Source: Paraspadella gotoi (lineage: Eukaryota; Animalia; Chaetognatha). Taken from it: a stretch of 64,000 bases of DNA. Below the pieces are notes generated by a model. That model made no database searches and had not been told where the DNA came from. It was given only the letters and a program-made list of their open reading frames with translations. Location of the stretch: contig CM119268.1 in assembly GCA_051294375.1 (NCBI GenBank), positions 23,148,256 to 23,212,255 of the forward strand, in the 5' to 3' direction. Made by a program: the position numbers and the translations under genes. Shown piece by piece: positions 37,782 to 51,439 of the stretch. How positions within the stretch are numbered: position 1 is the stretch's first letter; each line of letters begins with the position of its first letter.

Positions 37782-38779
37782 AGAGAGGAAGAGAAAGCGG
37801 GCCGAGAGAGAGATGAAGAGAGAGAGGAGAGAGAGAGGAGAAAGAGAGGGAAATTATCTGTGTGGTAGATTTGAAGTCAATAAGTCCCAGAAATTTTTCC
37901 ATGTTGGTGTCACCTTGCGGAATTCAAGAATAAGCTCTCCAGTCATCTTCTTCTCCATTCCTTCTTCTTTGCCTCCCTTCCCTCTCTCACTCTCTCTTCT
38001 TCCTCTCTCTCTTTCTCCTCCTCCTTCCCTCTCTCCCTCCTCTGCTCCCTCTCTCCCTCCTCCCTCTCCCTCTTCCCCTTCCTCCTTCTCCCTCTCTCCC
38101 TCTCCATCTCACCTGAACCGAATCCAAAACCAGTTATTTCTTTTCGATAAAACGATTTTCAGTTTCCTCGACGCAGAAGAGACGATGCCCTAACGGCATT
38201 TCCGCAGTATCTGCAGAATCGCCTATGCCACGCCCCCCCTTTTCTGCTGGTTTTGATTTCGGTATCCAGATACTGCGAGATGCTGCGATACCGCCGATGC
38301 CGAAAACATACGAAATTCTTTTTTTTTTTCGGTCTGACGGATAAAGGAGGAAATTGAAGGAGACGAGTTGATGCTTACGGGGATAAGGAGGAAGAAGAGG
38401 AGGAGGAAGAGGAAGAAGAGGAGGAGGGGAAGAAGGAAGGGGAGGAAGAGAGGGAGAAGGGGGAGGAGGAATGAAAAAAAGGTGGAAAAGAATTTTGACC
38501 TGAGAGGAAAAATATTAAGGAAAAAGATAAAGAAAGAGGAAACGACAGAATAAAAAAAAATGATCGAGTTGTGAGTTGTGAGGGGATGTATAACAAAATA
38601 AGAATAAGGATTAGCTACTAAAGAGAATAATACTTGGTCATAAAAAGAAATGGATTAATGATAAACCAAAGAAGGGAAAAAAATAAAAGGGAAAAGAAAA
38701 GAAAACTGTTAATTAAAATCTCATCTAAATAACTAAAAGAAACTCACTCGGTTAATATATAACCAAATATTTTCAACCT

Positions 38780-39230
38780 TTAATCTTTTCTACGCTTAAT
38801 TGTATGTACTTTAAATCCTATCCGCCAAATAAATCTTTTTACTCGCAAATGTTCTCATCCGGACATCTTTTAAACTTTGAATATTCTCAACCAAATGCTC
38901 TACCCAATAATCTCAACCTTATTAACAAAATCATCTTTATTCAAATAGTCTCAATCCTATATCTTCTCTACAATAAATCTTCTCAATTTTAAATCTTCTC
39001 AACCTTAAATCCTACTAACCAAATCTTCTCTTAATCCAAATCTTCTCAACCGTAAATTCTCTCAACTCTAAATCTTCTCAACATCAAAGCTTATATTTCA
39101 AATCCTCTTCTAAATCCTTCAAATCCTAAATCTTTTCTACACTAAATTTTCTCAAACTTAAATCTTCTGTACATTAAATCTTCTCGACCCTAAATCTTCT
39201 CAACCGAAAATCCTCACAACCAAATTCGGA
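38780..39230 (+). repeat. Degenerate minisatellite (aaatcttctcaacc core)
   Basis: Core recurs roughly every 20 nt. Confidence 0.7.
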
Positions 39231-39377
39231 AAAAAACCTTTCTGAATCTCAAACCGAAAACCCCACATGGAAATTGTGATGCAAATGTCGTCTGTACTTA
39301 AGCCTGGAGGGAGAAAGAGGAATACATCAACTCGATAGCATTCGAGCCACAAGGCGAAACAAAAACTTATTCGAGAG

Positions 39378-39416
<39 letters not shown>

Positions 39417-39881
39417 AAGAGAGAGAGAGAGATCACAAAACAAGGGCACCTCATTTCTAGTGTGGGTACGTTCACTCCATCTCATGTTTTTACTTTCATC
39501 TCTACTCCTTCCCGGTTGCTTTCCCTCGCATTGCTTTTAAGTCGCCACGCCTATGAGCACGTAACCTTCAGATCGTGACCCGTTGGCTCNNNNNNNNNNN
39601 NNNNNNNNNNNNNNAGAGAGTGAGATGAGAGAGAGAGAGAGATAGAGTGATAGAGAGAGAGAGAGAAGAGAGGAGAGAGGAGAGAAGAGAGAGAAGAGAG
39701 AGAAGGAGAAGAGAGAGAGAGAGAGAGATGAGATCACAAAACAAGGGCACCTCATTTCTAGTGTGGGTACGTTCACTCCATTCTTCATGCCTTTTTACTT
39801 TCATCTCTACCTCCTTCCGGTTGCTTTCCCTCGCATTGCTTTAAGTTCGCCACGCCTATGAGCACGTAACCTTCAGTCGTG

Positions 39882-40080
39882 ACCCGTTGGCTCATCGAGT
39901 AATACCATCAGCTCATGACAATTAGATACCAGGATCGATCATCAATGGACCCTACCCTGCGGGAAGCGTGAGGACGGCCGTAAACGGCCTTGGGGGCGTG
40001 GAAAACCCTTCAGCTTGGACCCGTTACATGCCTGGTAGAGGGGGTTAACGAAGTTGCGGTTAGGTGTTTTCGGTCCACTT
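39882..40080 (+). mobile_element. tRNA-headed SINE-like element
   Basis: A-box-like tggctcatcgag, B-box-like ggatcgatc, acceptor-like pairing gacccgttg/caatggacc; diverged homolog at ~28530-28680. 3' end approximate. Confidence 0.5.
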
Positions 40081-40282
40081 TGCGCCGAATACACGGCCCT
40101 ACCTAATTCTGTCTCTCACCATTGAAGCCTCACCACCCTGACCCCGGGGGTCACCCACCCTTCAACCCCCCACTTCACCACCCAAAGGGCGCCCTCTCTC
40201 CATTCATCACCATCCAACGCGTCAAATATACTAGACGCGTTTTTCACCCTTCGAGTCGAATGTGGAGGAGAAGGGAGAACAT

Positions 40283-40320
<38 letters not shown>

Positions 40321-40714
40321 CTCTCTCTTCTTCTCTCTCTCTCCTCTCTCTCTCTCTCTCTAGATTTGCGGCCCCGAAAAGCAAAGGACGAGAGTGTTTG
40401 CAGTCCGGGTAGAAACTTTGGATGAAGATCACCGAATTATTTGTTGCAAAATTTGCAGGATATGCGGATTCACAGAAGCGGAGAAAAATGAACCTGAGAG
40501 AGAGAGAGAGAGAGAACACACAGAGATTTGCACAATCCAACTTTTTGGTACGACGACTTGCCGTGTGCCTCGTGTAGCCCGCCTCAAGCTTGACCGCCGT
40601 CCGCGCATGGAGGACCGTCGTCCTCACACGTCCTGCTGACGCCTCCGGAAGTGGGCGTGGCCGCGTTCTAAAATAGCGCACGTTGCGCGTGCGCCGAAAG
40701 GCGTCGGCTATCGC

Positions 40715-40950
40715 CGTGATGGGAGTAATCGTGTCGAGGCTGTCTCACCCCGAGTGTGGTCGAAGGGTATGGACCACAAGTCCGATCACGAGTTACTGAC
40801 GGAGGAAATCCGACCAACGAGCGCATCCACAAGTCTCTGAGCGTGCGGTATGGCTCACAATGGAGCTCCTGTCTGAAACGGTATCAGAAAGGGTGACGTC
40901 TGACGAAGGTCCTGGGCCTCGTAAAAGGCAGTTTGGTGACGGGCGGAAAG
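40715..40950 (+). mobile_element. Possible degraded LINE (RTE-like) 3' fragment
   Basis: Frame-hopping reading CGRRVW..NERIHKS..R.YG..KRVTSDEGPGPRKR resembles the RT C-terminal tail; by eye only. Confidence 0.3.
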
Positions 40951-40960
40951 TCCTAAGTAT

Positions 40961-43051
40961 TAGACCTTTGCCATATATGAAAAGTTTTTGAAATCTAAAA
41001 AACGAAGTATTGTGTAAAAGGTGCCCATAAACATCATATGAATTTTTTGAACCATTTTTTTTCAAAAAAAAAATTTTACAGTAAATGCTGCCAACTTGAA
41101 AAAAATTTTGAAAAAAAAAAAGTAAAAAAATGGGACTTCTTGCTAAATCATCTTTAAAAACTTTATATTGCTAGAGGGACGAAACCCAAACTAATCTTGT
41201 AGATGGAAAAATGACTATGTTACATACCTCGCATTATAAAATTAATTAGTTTTTTCTAAGAAAATTTTTTTTAAAACTATTGTGTTTGGGCATTTTTGAT
41301 AAAATGTTTTAAAAAAAATGATATTTTTAACAATGTTGTGAAATATTTTGTAAAAAAAAATTAGGCGAATTGAATAAAGAAATAAATGCCTTATGTTTTT
41401 GTGAAAGAATTTTTAAAAAAGGATTATCGGTTAAAAGTTATATAATTTTTTAAATTTAAAAAAAAATCATTTTCTTAATAATTAATTTTTATTTAATAGG
41501 TGTTGAACTAGGCTAAAGGGAAAAGAGGGAATGCCACTTTTTCAGAGTAAATAAAAAAATAGTAAATTCTTATTTTGACGAATAGGGTAACTTTAATATT
41601 TGGTCTCACTAGGTCATTAAAGTTTTTTTTAAACTTTTATATATTTATAATGGAATTATGGTTTTAAATAAGGTAGTTTTTTTATAATTTTTTTCTATAT
41701 AAAGTAAAAAGAAAAAATTAACAAAGCGATATAAATGATTAAAAATTGGATAAAAATGAAGACAAAAAAGCATATTGAGGAAGAGTGCTGCTGTTTACCG
41801 ATCGACGAAAAAAAAGTCATCATCTAGAGTGCCAAAGAAAGAAAACTAGTTATTCTATTTTTTTCAATTAAATTACCTTTGTCAAGCAGTTTCTCCAGAA
41901 ACTGAGTTGAAATTATAATTTGTGTTAAAATATATTGCTATAATCAAAAGTTGTAAAGATTTGGAAAAATATTAAGCTGCTTGATAAATTTTAGAATAGG
42001 AATCCAACCTTGTTGATAAATTCATCACTATAAAAAGATATGAAATGAATAAAAATCAAAAGATGAAATTAAAATAATATTTCAAAACTAAATCGACTAT
42101 TTACAGATAGACTAATTATTAAGCTATAAATCATGAATAGAAAACAAAAAATAGAATAACTAGTTTTCTTTCTTTGGCACTTACCTTTTTTCTTCTCGAC
42201 TGGCAAGCAGCAAGCAACTCTTTTCTCAGTTATTTAACTTTCATAATTATTACTCTTTTTGTCTCATTTTATCAATTTTTTAATATTTTAATCGCTTTTA
42301 GTTCAATTTTTCTTTTCTTTTATATAGAAAAAAATTAAAAAAACTACTTATTTAAAAGTCATAATTCCATTATAAAATAATAAAAATTTAAAACACAAAA
42401 CTTTAATGACCTGGTGAGACAAAATATTTAAAGTACCTATTGTCAAATAAGAATTTACTATTTTTTTATTTAACTCTGAAAAAAGTGCTTCCTTTTCCCT
42501 TTAGCCTAGTTCAAACCTATTAAAATAAAAATAATATATTAGCAAAAGTGAATTTTTAAATTTTTAAAAAAATTATAACTTTTTAACCGATAAATCCTTT
42601 TTAAAAATTCTTTCAGCAAAACAAAGGCAAATTATTTCTTATTCAATTCGCCATAATTTTTTTTTTTTACAAAATATTTCATCAACATTGTTAAAAATTA
42701 TTATTTTTTAAAATTTATCCAAAAAATTGAACCAAAACAAATAGTTTTTAAAAAATTTTCCTTAGTAAAAAACTAACTTAAATTTATAATACGAGGTAGT
42801 AACATAGTCAATTTTTTCCACTCTACAAGATAGTTTGGGTTTTCGTCCCTCTGAGCAATAAAGCTTTTAAAGATATTTAGCAAAAAGTCCATTTTTTACC
42901 ATTTTTTTTCATTTTTTTCAAAGTTGGGCAAGCATTTACTGTAAATTTTTTTTTGAAAAAAAATGTTCAAAAAAATTCATATGATGTATGGGCACCTATT
43001 TACACCAATACTCGTTTTTGATTTCAAACTTTTCATATATGGCAAGGTCTA
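40961..43051. mobile_element. Non-autonomous fold-back DNA transposon (hAT-like), 2091 bp
   Basis: TSD ctaagtat at 40953-60 and 43052-59; termini TAGACCTT...AAGGTCTA; ~900-bp inverted arms around a ~280-bp spacer; no ORF. Confidence 0.85.
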
Positions 43052-43609
43052 CTAAGTATCTACATGGCCAGAATATCTGGTAGAAAAAGAATAGGAAAGG
43101 AGTGTAATCTCCTAAAGAAAGAAAAAAGACATCTATCGGCGAAAACGGTAAATAACAAAGGCAAACCAAAATAAATGGGGAAAAGGGGGACATATCTCTA
43201 CACTTTTGCTCGCCTAAGCTATCGGCTGCACAGATTTTAAAGGAGATTTTTTCTTTTATAAAAACTGTTACAAAATTTTATATAAAAATATATTTTTGTC
43301 GTCGTCGTTGTCGTTTCCACATCGCATTCCGATATCCAAAAAACCTTTAGAAGCTTTTGACCTCTCTCTCTCTCTCTCTCTTACTTCTCTCTCTCTCATC
43401 TCTTCTCTCTCTCTCTCTCTCTCTCCTTTAACAATTCTCTATATTTTCCATTTTCTCTCCATTTTTACCATTTTTCAATTCATTCCGACACAAATATTTC
43501 TTTTTTTCTATCGCATAAAACTACGACAACAACAACAACAACAATAACAAAAACAGTATTGAGTTTTTATGTCATCCCAATCCTTTTCCATCCTATCTCA
43601 TTACCATCT

Positions 43610-43735
43610 TATCTTATCTCATCTCTTTGCCGTCTCATCTCTTTGCCATCTCATCTCTTTGCCATATCATCTCTTTGCCATCTCATCTCTTTGCCATCGC
43701 ATCTCTTTGCCGTCTCATCTCTTTGCCATCTCATC
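43610..43735 (+). repeat. 16-bp tandem repeat (atctcatctctttgcc)
   Basis: About 7 adjacent copies. Confidence 0.85.
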
Positions 43736-44069
43736 GAAGACTCTCCGATCCCCTGATCCTATGCCCCGGCTCCTAAAATCCCCAACTCCCTTTCCCTTGC
43801 TCCTCTTCTCTCCGCTCCCTCCGCCCCTTATCCAAGTTTATCCCCTGCTCCTTCTCCCCTGCCCCTGTCATCCCTTCCTCTTCTCTTACTCCTCAATCCT
43901 TGATCCGTGCCCCTCTTTCCCTTACTGCTAATCCCCTGCTCCCCGCTACTTATCCCTGTGCTGTTTTTACTACTTTAATCCCCTGCTCCTCAACTCCTAC
44001 TCCTGATCCCCTGCTCCTCTTTTCTCGCCATCGAGTTTCGACGCAGAAGAAACAATTATGTCGAAGGTC

Positions 44070-44122
44070 AGTTCGTTGTTGTTGTTGTTGTTGTTATCGT
44101 AATCGTATTCTCCGTCGCCAAT

Positions 44123-44159
<37 letters not shown>

Positions 44160-44435
44160 TCTTCATCGTCATTGTCGATTTCTCATCGTCTTGGTCGTTG
44201 TTGTCTTTGACAACATCGGCTTCATTGTTCAAGTTAGTCTTTGTCGTCAACCTCCATATATCGTCTTGATCGTCATTTTATAATCGTCATTGTCGGGATT
44301 TTTGTCTTGGTCATGATTGTTGTTTTGGTCGTCATTGTCGTCGTCGTCTTCATCATGGTCATCTTCATCGTCATCATCGTCGTTGTCTTCATCATCGTCA
44401 TCTTCATCATCATCGTCGTCGTCGTCGTCGTCGCC
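44070..44435 (+). repeat. (GTC/ATC/GTT)n trinucleotide low-complexity tract
   Basis: Direct observation. Confidence 0.85.
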
Positions 44436-46930
44436 CTTGCCCGAGGTAAATGGCCGACCTCGAGACAGAAGAGAAATTCTGGGAAATTGGCAGAGGATAA
44501 AGGGAGGAAGAGGAGGAGGAGGAGGAAGAGGAGAAGGAGGGGGAGGGGGAGGAAGAGAAAGAGGAGGAAGAAGAGGAAGATGAGAAGGAGGAAGAGAAAG
44601 GGGGAAGAGGTAGAGGAAGAGAAGGAAGTGGAAGGTNNNNNNNNNNNNNNNNNNNNNNNNNAGGGTTGCGCAAGGGAAGAGGAGGACGAGGAGAGGGATT
44701 GGGACGGTAGAGGAAGACCAGGAAGCGGGCAAGAGGGAAGAGGAAAGAAATGTAATCCTTCCATGAGGAAGAGGAGGAGGAGGAAAGAAGGGTAGGTGAA
44801 AGAGAAAATGGGAAGGAGGAGGAGGAGAGAGGAGGGAAGAGTAGAAAAGAGGGATAGAGGAAGGAGAGAAGAAGGAGGAGAAGGGAAAGAGAGAGAGGAA
44901 TATGAGGAAGAGGAGAGGTTATCAGGAAGATAGAAGTTCCAACGACTCTGATTGGCGAGGTCCAAGTTCAGATCAGGATCTCGGAAGAGGAGATGGAGAA
45001 ACTTTAGGCAGTCTGTGTTTACTATGGTCGACGCGAAACCTGGCAAAGAGAACGAAATAATCGAGGCAACAGGCGTAAGTGAGTAAGGAAAAACGGTAAG
45101 GTTTATTTGTGTCGGTCGTTTGTTGTTGTTGTGCTCTATTCTCATAGAATTTCTTCTTACGAAATCTGTATTTCTGAATAAAGTTCGACTTCTGATTTGA
45201 ACGAGAAATCGAGTTTTAGCGTGACTAATTATAATTATTTTGAGATAAGTAGAGATGAGAATGAGAGAGAGGAGAGATCGTAGAGAGAGAGAGAGGATGA
45301 GAGAGGGAGTTGTGAGAGTGAGAGGATGAGAAGAGAGGTAGAAAATCTTACAATCTGTACGGAAGAGGAAGGAGGAAGAAGAGGAGGAGGAAGGGGAAGA
45401 GGAGGAATATGAGGAAGAGGAGGAGGTAGAGAAGAAAGAAGTTCCACGACTCTGATTCGATCCAGTTCAGCTCAGGACTCAAGAGAGAGAGAGAACTTTG
45501 GCAGTCGTTACTATGGCGACGGAAACGCGGAAAGAGACGAAATAATCGAGGGTAAGTTAGAAAGAGAAAAGGTAAGGATTTGTTGTCGTCGTTGTTGTTG
45601 TTGTTCTCTTTCTCATGAATTTCTTCTTACGAGAATCGATTTCGAAAAAGTTCGACTCGATTTGAACGAGAAATCGATTTAGCGTGAAATATTTTGAGAN
45701 NNNNNNNNNNNNNNNNNNNNNNNNNNNNNNNNNNNNNNNNNNNNNNNNNNNNNNNNNNNNNNNNNNNNNNNNNNNNNNNNNNNNNNNNNNNNNNNNNNNN
45801 NNNNNNNNNNNNNNNNNNNNNNNNNNNNNNNNNNNNNNNNNNNNNNNNNNNNNNNNNNNNNNNNNNNNNNNNNNNNNNNNNNNNNNNNNNNNNNNNNNNN
45901 NNNNNNNNNNNNNNNNNNNNNNNNNNNNNNNNNNNNNNNNNNNNNNNNNNNNNNNNNNNNNNNNNNNNNNNNNNNNNNNNNNNNNNNNNNNNNNNNNNNN
46001 NNNNNNNNNNNNNNNNNNNNNNNNNNNNNNNNNNNNNNNNNNNNNNNNNNNNNNNNNNNNNNNNNNNNNNNNNNNNNNNNNNNNNNNNNNNNNNNNNNNN
46101 NNNNNNNNNNNNNNNNNNNNNNNNNNNNNNNNNNNNNNNNNNNNNNNNNNNNNNNNNNNNNNNNNNNNNNNNNNNNNNNNNNNNNNNNNNNNNNNNNNNN
46201 NNNNNNNNNNNNNNNNNNNNNNNNNNNNNNNNNNNNNNNNNNNNNNNNNNNNNNNNNNNNNNNNNNNNNNNNNNNNNNNNNNNNNNNNNNNNNNNNNNNN
46301 NNNNNNNNNNNNNNNNNNNNNNNNNNNNNNNNNNNNNNNNNNNNNNNNNNNNNNNNNNNNNNNNNNNNNNNNNNNNNNNNNNNNNNNNNNNNNNNNNNNN
46401 NNNNNNNNNNNNNNNNNNNNNNNNNNNNNNNNNNNNNNNNNNNNNNNNNNNNNNNNNNNNNNNNNNNNNNNNNNNNNNNNNNNNNNNNNNNNNNNNNNNN
46501 NNNNNNNNNNNNNNNNNNNNNNNNNNNNNNNNNNNNNNNNNNNNNNNNNNNNNNNNNNNNNNNNNNNNNNNNNNNNNNNNNNNNNNNNNNNNNNNNNNNN
46601 NNNNNNNNNNNNNNNNNNNNNNNTTTCTTTTCTTTTCTTTTCTTTTCTTTTATTTTCTTTTCTCTTTTTATTTCATTTATATTTTCAGATTCAACCTCAA
46701 GAATCATCAATACTTTTAATCATAACAAATTCGCTAAATATTAATTTTTCATCCAAAAATCTTTATTCAATAACAAAAAAATCCCTTTTTATCAAATTTC
46801 GAAAACTTTCTCTGCTACGTCATTCTCCTTTCAATCCCTTTGCCACGTCCTCGACGACAGGCAATCTCTTCTCTCGCCACGGTCCCCGTCTCACGATCCC
46901 CTCTGTCACGGTAGACACGTCAACCCCTTG

Positions 46931-47029
46931 TCACGAATCGGCGCAATTGGCGCAGAAGTTCCCTTCGTTGTCTTTGACGTAAGGTTGGTCACCAATGGAG
47001 CCGCCGCAATTGGAGCAACGGAAGCATTG
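46931..47029 (-). CDS. 3-LIM-only protein, last exon (clean copy)
   Basis: cag|QCFRCSNCGGSIGDQPYVKDNEGNFCANCADS-TGA completes LIM3; noisy copy at ~55450-55590(-). Confidence 0.85.
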   Translation of the reverse strand, partial: QCFRCSNCGGSIGDQPYVKDNEGNFCANCADS

Positions 47030-47065
47030 CTGATTGTGGAGGTCGGATAGAGAGAGAATCAATCG

Positions 47066-47098
<33 letters not shown>

Positions 47099-47329
47099 GA
47101 AGAAAACAAACAATTGAAAATTTTAAAAAGCTGCAAATTAAAGCAGAATATAAAAAAAAACAAACAACTAAAAGATAAACCAAAAAAAAAAAATCTGAAC
47201 ATAAACAAATAAGAATACAACAGAACAGAAAACAAAGGTTTAAAAATTGTTTCGAATGCCCTCCCCCCCCTTCTCCATCTGTCTGCCTCCCTTTTCTCCT
47301 TCCCTTCCCCACAATGCCCTTACTGGACT

Positions 47330-47600
47330 TCGACTGTCAGACCCTAGATCAACACTACATGCCAACCACTTGAACATTGTGACAAAATATCGCAGCACCA
47401 ATCAGTCTGAAAGCACTCAAAGCTCCAGACCTTTGGCAAGGAGATTGGCTCTATGTCCTAGCTTTCCCGCTATGGACAGTATCCCTTAAATGACACTAGA
47501 AGCAAACTGAACAGAGGGGCTAGTGGCAGTGTAGCTGGCACCCATGTTAATCAGTGCCATGCAAACATGGGTAAGACCAATAACAGAGACAAATGATTGC
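47330..47600 (+). mobile_element. Possible degraded DIRS-like retroelement fragment
   Basis: Frame-hopping reading ANHLNIVTKY..W.GDWLY..AFP.MDSIP..GASGSV resembles the post-RNaseH YAFPP region; by eye only. Confidence 0.3.
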
Positions 47601-50600
47601 ACTCCTACCACCAGTTGATCTCACACATAGGGAAATAAAAATACCAGATAATCAACTTCATTCTAATTACGATGAAGCCCCAGACTAGACTTAAAGAAAA
47701 ACAAACATAGGGACCACGACCGATTAGAAGAAAGCGCAAAACAATTGAAATAGGGGATCATCTCAATAGGTCCACATTCGTCGTGATGACAGGGGGCCTT
47801 TTTTTGTGATTGAGGACTGACGGTCACCGTCTCTTAACTCGGAATCAGTACAAAAGCTTATTGAGTGGAAGAATTTCGAAAGCGGATCACTCCCTTCACG
47901 GCCTGACCTACAATTAGATAGTTTGTGGCCAAAAGCTTCAATCGCATATCTGCCGCCTTACCACTACAATTGCTTCCCATCATATTAGGCCTAGGCCGTA
48001 CCGAGGCCATTACACCAATTAAAGTGCGCTTAGCACTGGTTTTCTCGTTTTAAATCCTAGTGCGATTATGAGAAATATCAAAGGCAGTCCAAAGCTCAAC
48101 AAACCCCCATGCATGAAGACCCAGCTTCCACTTCACCCCCTCCCCCCTCACGCCCGTGTACCTAGAGAAATCGTAGGAAATAACATCTGAGCTCACGTTC
48201 AACTCGATACTCAAACAGACTGGAAGAAGGGAGGCAGCCCTGCAGTCCATTAAGCCAGCCAGGGTCCCCATGGAGCGGCCCTGGCCATCAAGCAGCCGCC
48301 ACGAAATTTGGAACGCGGCGTCGTCGCGCTCGCCCATCATCGACGTTGAATGAACTCATGGAGTGCGTGATGCACGGACGCGACCCAAATCAACGTCGAC
48401 TCAATCCGTAGCGTCAGACATAAGAAAATGAAGAACGTTTCTACCGTCTCGCAAAAAAATTACTAAAAGAAAAAAACAGTAACGCCCACCCGTATAACAC
48501 TCACCGCTTCTAGTTCTCTTCATTCGCTTGATAATCCATATATCTCTAAAAACTTGACTCTGATCATCTGCCAAATCATCCACCTGATCCATCACCGATT
48601 ATATTTGATATTAATTGTGATTTATTGTAACCTGATTTATTTTTTTTTGGATTACTTCATGATTACATTCCGTTTGCATCCACAATTTCTCCCTGTATTT
48701 GTTTTACGGTAACCCTCAAGGCTGTCATTACCATTCCACCTTTTTTTTTCTCCCTCCTCCATGATTTCGTTTTGTATTTGTCTATTCCCCCCCCGCTCGA
48801 TTGATTGTCCCCCCCACCCTCTCTCGTTCTCTCTCTCTCCTTACCGTCTCGGCGACATGCACGCTCCGAGCACGGTTAAGTACACTCACCACGCACCACC
48901 ACGATGACGTCTCACGCCATTCAGGGCCTGATACGCCATCTCGGCCCAAAGACCAAAGGGCACGAAACGAACCGATAGGATTTCGCCATTCATTGCACCG
49001 TTTCGCACTCATTTCTCCTCATTCCTCCTCCCCCTCCTACCCGGAGACTCCAGGCTGAGTCCAGAGTTTAGGTTTTTTCGATTCACGCTTTTCCCTCTCC
49101 TTTCTCGCTCACGTCCCTTCCCGTTCAGTCTCTGTCTACCATTTTTTTTACCGCCCAATTTAGCCGCTACCATTATATTTCCTTTCCCACCCATTCCCCC
49201 GTCTTACTTTACCCTAGATTTCCGTCAACTTACCGACCTGTATTTTAGAGCGGAAAAATGAGTAAAAAGAAGAATAAATAAAAAAGAAAAGAAGGAATTG
49301 AATTAAAAGTATAATTGAATGAATTGATTATAATATACTTCAAAAGAGGAAAGGGAAACAACATATTTAAGGAGGAACTTTAATGGCCGCAAAAGGAATG
49401 AATAAACTTTCCTTTTTATCTCTTTCTGACTTTCGTTTTCAATTAAATGAATTTTTCTTCGGAAAATACATTAAACAGAACCGATTATCGTTATTTATAA
49501 ACAAAAAACAAAACAAACAAAACACAGTTTTTCGAAGTTACAATGAAAATTTAAGTTTGAAGTCATTAAACTAAAAAAAATAAGTGAAACTAAACAGTCA
49601 ACTTTAATGAGTTACCGGCAATATGCAATGTTTTATGTTGTTTTTTTTTTTTCTCTGGTGCAATGCAACGCCTGGCTTCTGCCGGCTTATGAGTGGAGTC
49701 ATTGGACGGAGAGAGAAGAGAGAGACGAGAGAGAGAGAGATGAGAGAGAGAGTCTAGGATAGATGAGAGAGAGAGAGAAGAGTTGGAGAGAGAGAGAGAG
49801 AAGAGCGAGGAGCGTCCAATAACCCACCTAGCAGTTTGCGAATGAAAGTTATGCGCAAGAGAGAAGAGAGAGAGAGGATGAGGTACCATGAGAAGAGAGA
49901 GACGAGAAGAGAGATGATAGAGAGAGAGACGTAGAGAATGATGTGTGTAGTGTTTGCTTTAAAAACAAGGAATTAATCTCGTTGTACGACGATGGACGTC
50001 GCCCGTCGCCAGAGAGAAAATAAAACGTCGCTGACAATGGAAGGGAAAGTGGAGAGAGGAGGTAAGGGAAGAGGGCGGGAGGGAGCGTGGGAGGAAAGGG
50101 AAGAGGGAGAAGGAGAAAGGAGGAGAGTGGAGAAAGGGAAGAGGTGAGGGAAGACGATTAAGGAGGAAGATGAGGCAACGCAAAACGAACAATTAGAATT
50201 GAGAAATGAACAAAAACTACATCTCGAATGTAATTTGGCGGAGGAGAGAGAGAAGAGAAGAGAGAGAGAGAGGAGAGCAGAGAGAGAGAGAATGGTGAGC
50301 AGAGAGAGAGAGGAGAGAGAGAGATGACGAGAGAGGAATAAATCCTCATTAAGGCGCCAATTAACTTCATCCCCAATTGAGCGCCTTTTCGAGCGCTAAT
50401 CGAGCCTCAATCAAACTCGCCTGGTGCTAAGCGACGGGAATCATTGAGAAGACTAAAATACGCAAATAAAATTGACGAAGCGAAAGAAATTCGAAAACGA
50501 AGATGATGACGACGACCGATTACGACGAAGACGGCCTGACGACGACGACGACAGAATTTGTATTTCAAATCAAAGAAAATTACGCGAAAAAAAACAGAAT

Positions 50601-51439
50601 TTCGACACACAAAAAAAAATCAACAATGTAAAAAAATTTAAATCTCAAAGAAAAAACAAATTTGAATTAAAAAAATAGATTAAAAAGAATTTTTCCGTTC
50701 GAAACGAGAACCGATCTTTAAACGGAAATGGATGTTTTTTTTCCTGGAATTTCACTCGTGTACAATGAGCAACGCGGTCCAATGTTGTTGTGATTAATTC
50801 ATACCATTTTGATGAACAGGGAAGAGACTTGAACTCCCCACATCAAATCTTATCTTAACGCTAATCCGTAACCTTAATCTCATTAACCTAATTCTTAATC
50901 CTTAATTCTTTTCCCCGTAACGTAAATTTTAATCTTGATTCTTTAATGCTAATCTTCACCATCCATACTCTTGATCCGTAACGCGAAAGACTTAAATTCT
51001 TAATCTTTCAATCAAAACCGTTCACCGCTGACTCGGGTGACCAGGTTGGTGGTTTAAGGCACTCCATCGAGATAATACTGGCAGGTCCTGCAAAGCTTTC
51101 AATCAAGACACTCTCACAGTCTCTCACAAGTCTCTCACAGTCTCCCAGATTACCCTGCCTCGTGTACAACAATTCAACCTGTCGTTACCCATTTCCATAT
51201 AACTTCCATTCCTAACCTTTAATTCACCGATGGAGCGACTTTAGAAATCTTTACTAGAAATCACGGTCCAAAAATCAAGTTTCTCTTTAAAAGAAACAAA
51301 TGGAAATTCGTCTGCTTAAAACTTCCTTACTTTTTCTTCCTTCTCTGTTATTCTCATTTACGTTAATTTTTTTCCTTTTTATTTTCTTTTTGGTTTATTT
51401 CCTTCGCGTCTTTTGTTTTTTTTTTCTTTCGCTTCCGAA

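Noticed and set aside
39380-39893. Direct repeat flanking a gap, read as an LTR pair
   Set aside because: Overlap duplicated across a 25-N gap, typical of an overfilled-gap artefact.
40890-40930. Hammerhead ribozyme (ctgacga-stem-cgtaaa)
   Set aside because: GAAA core is imperfect and stems I and III could not be found.
44241-44795. Acidic or transmembrane protein ORFs
   Set aside because: Translations of trinucleotide repeats open in several frames; no supporting gene structure.
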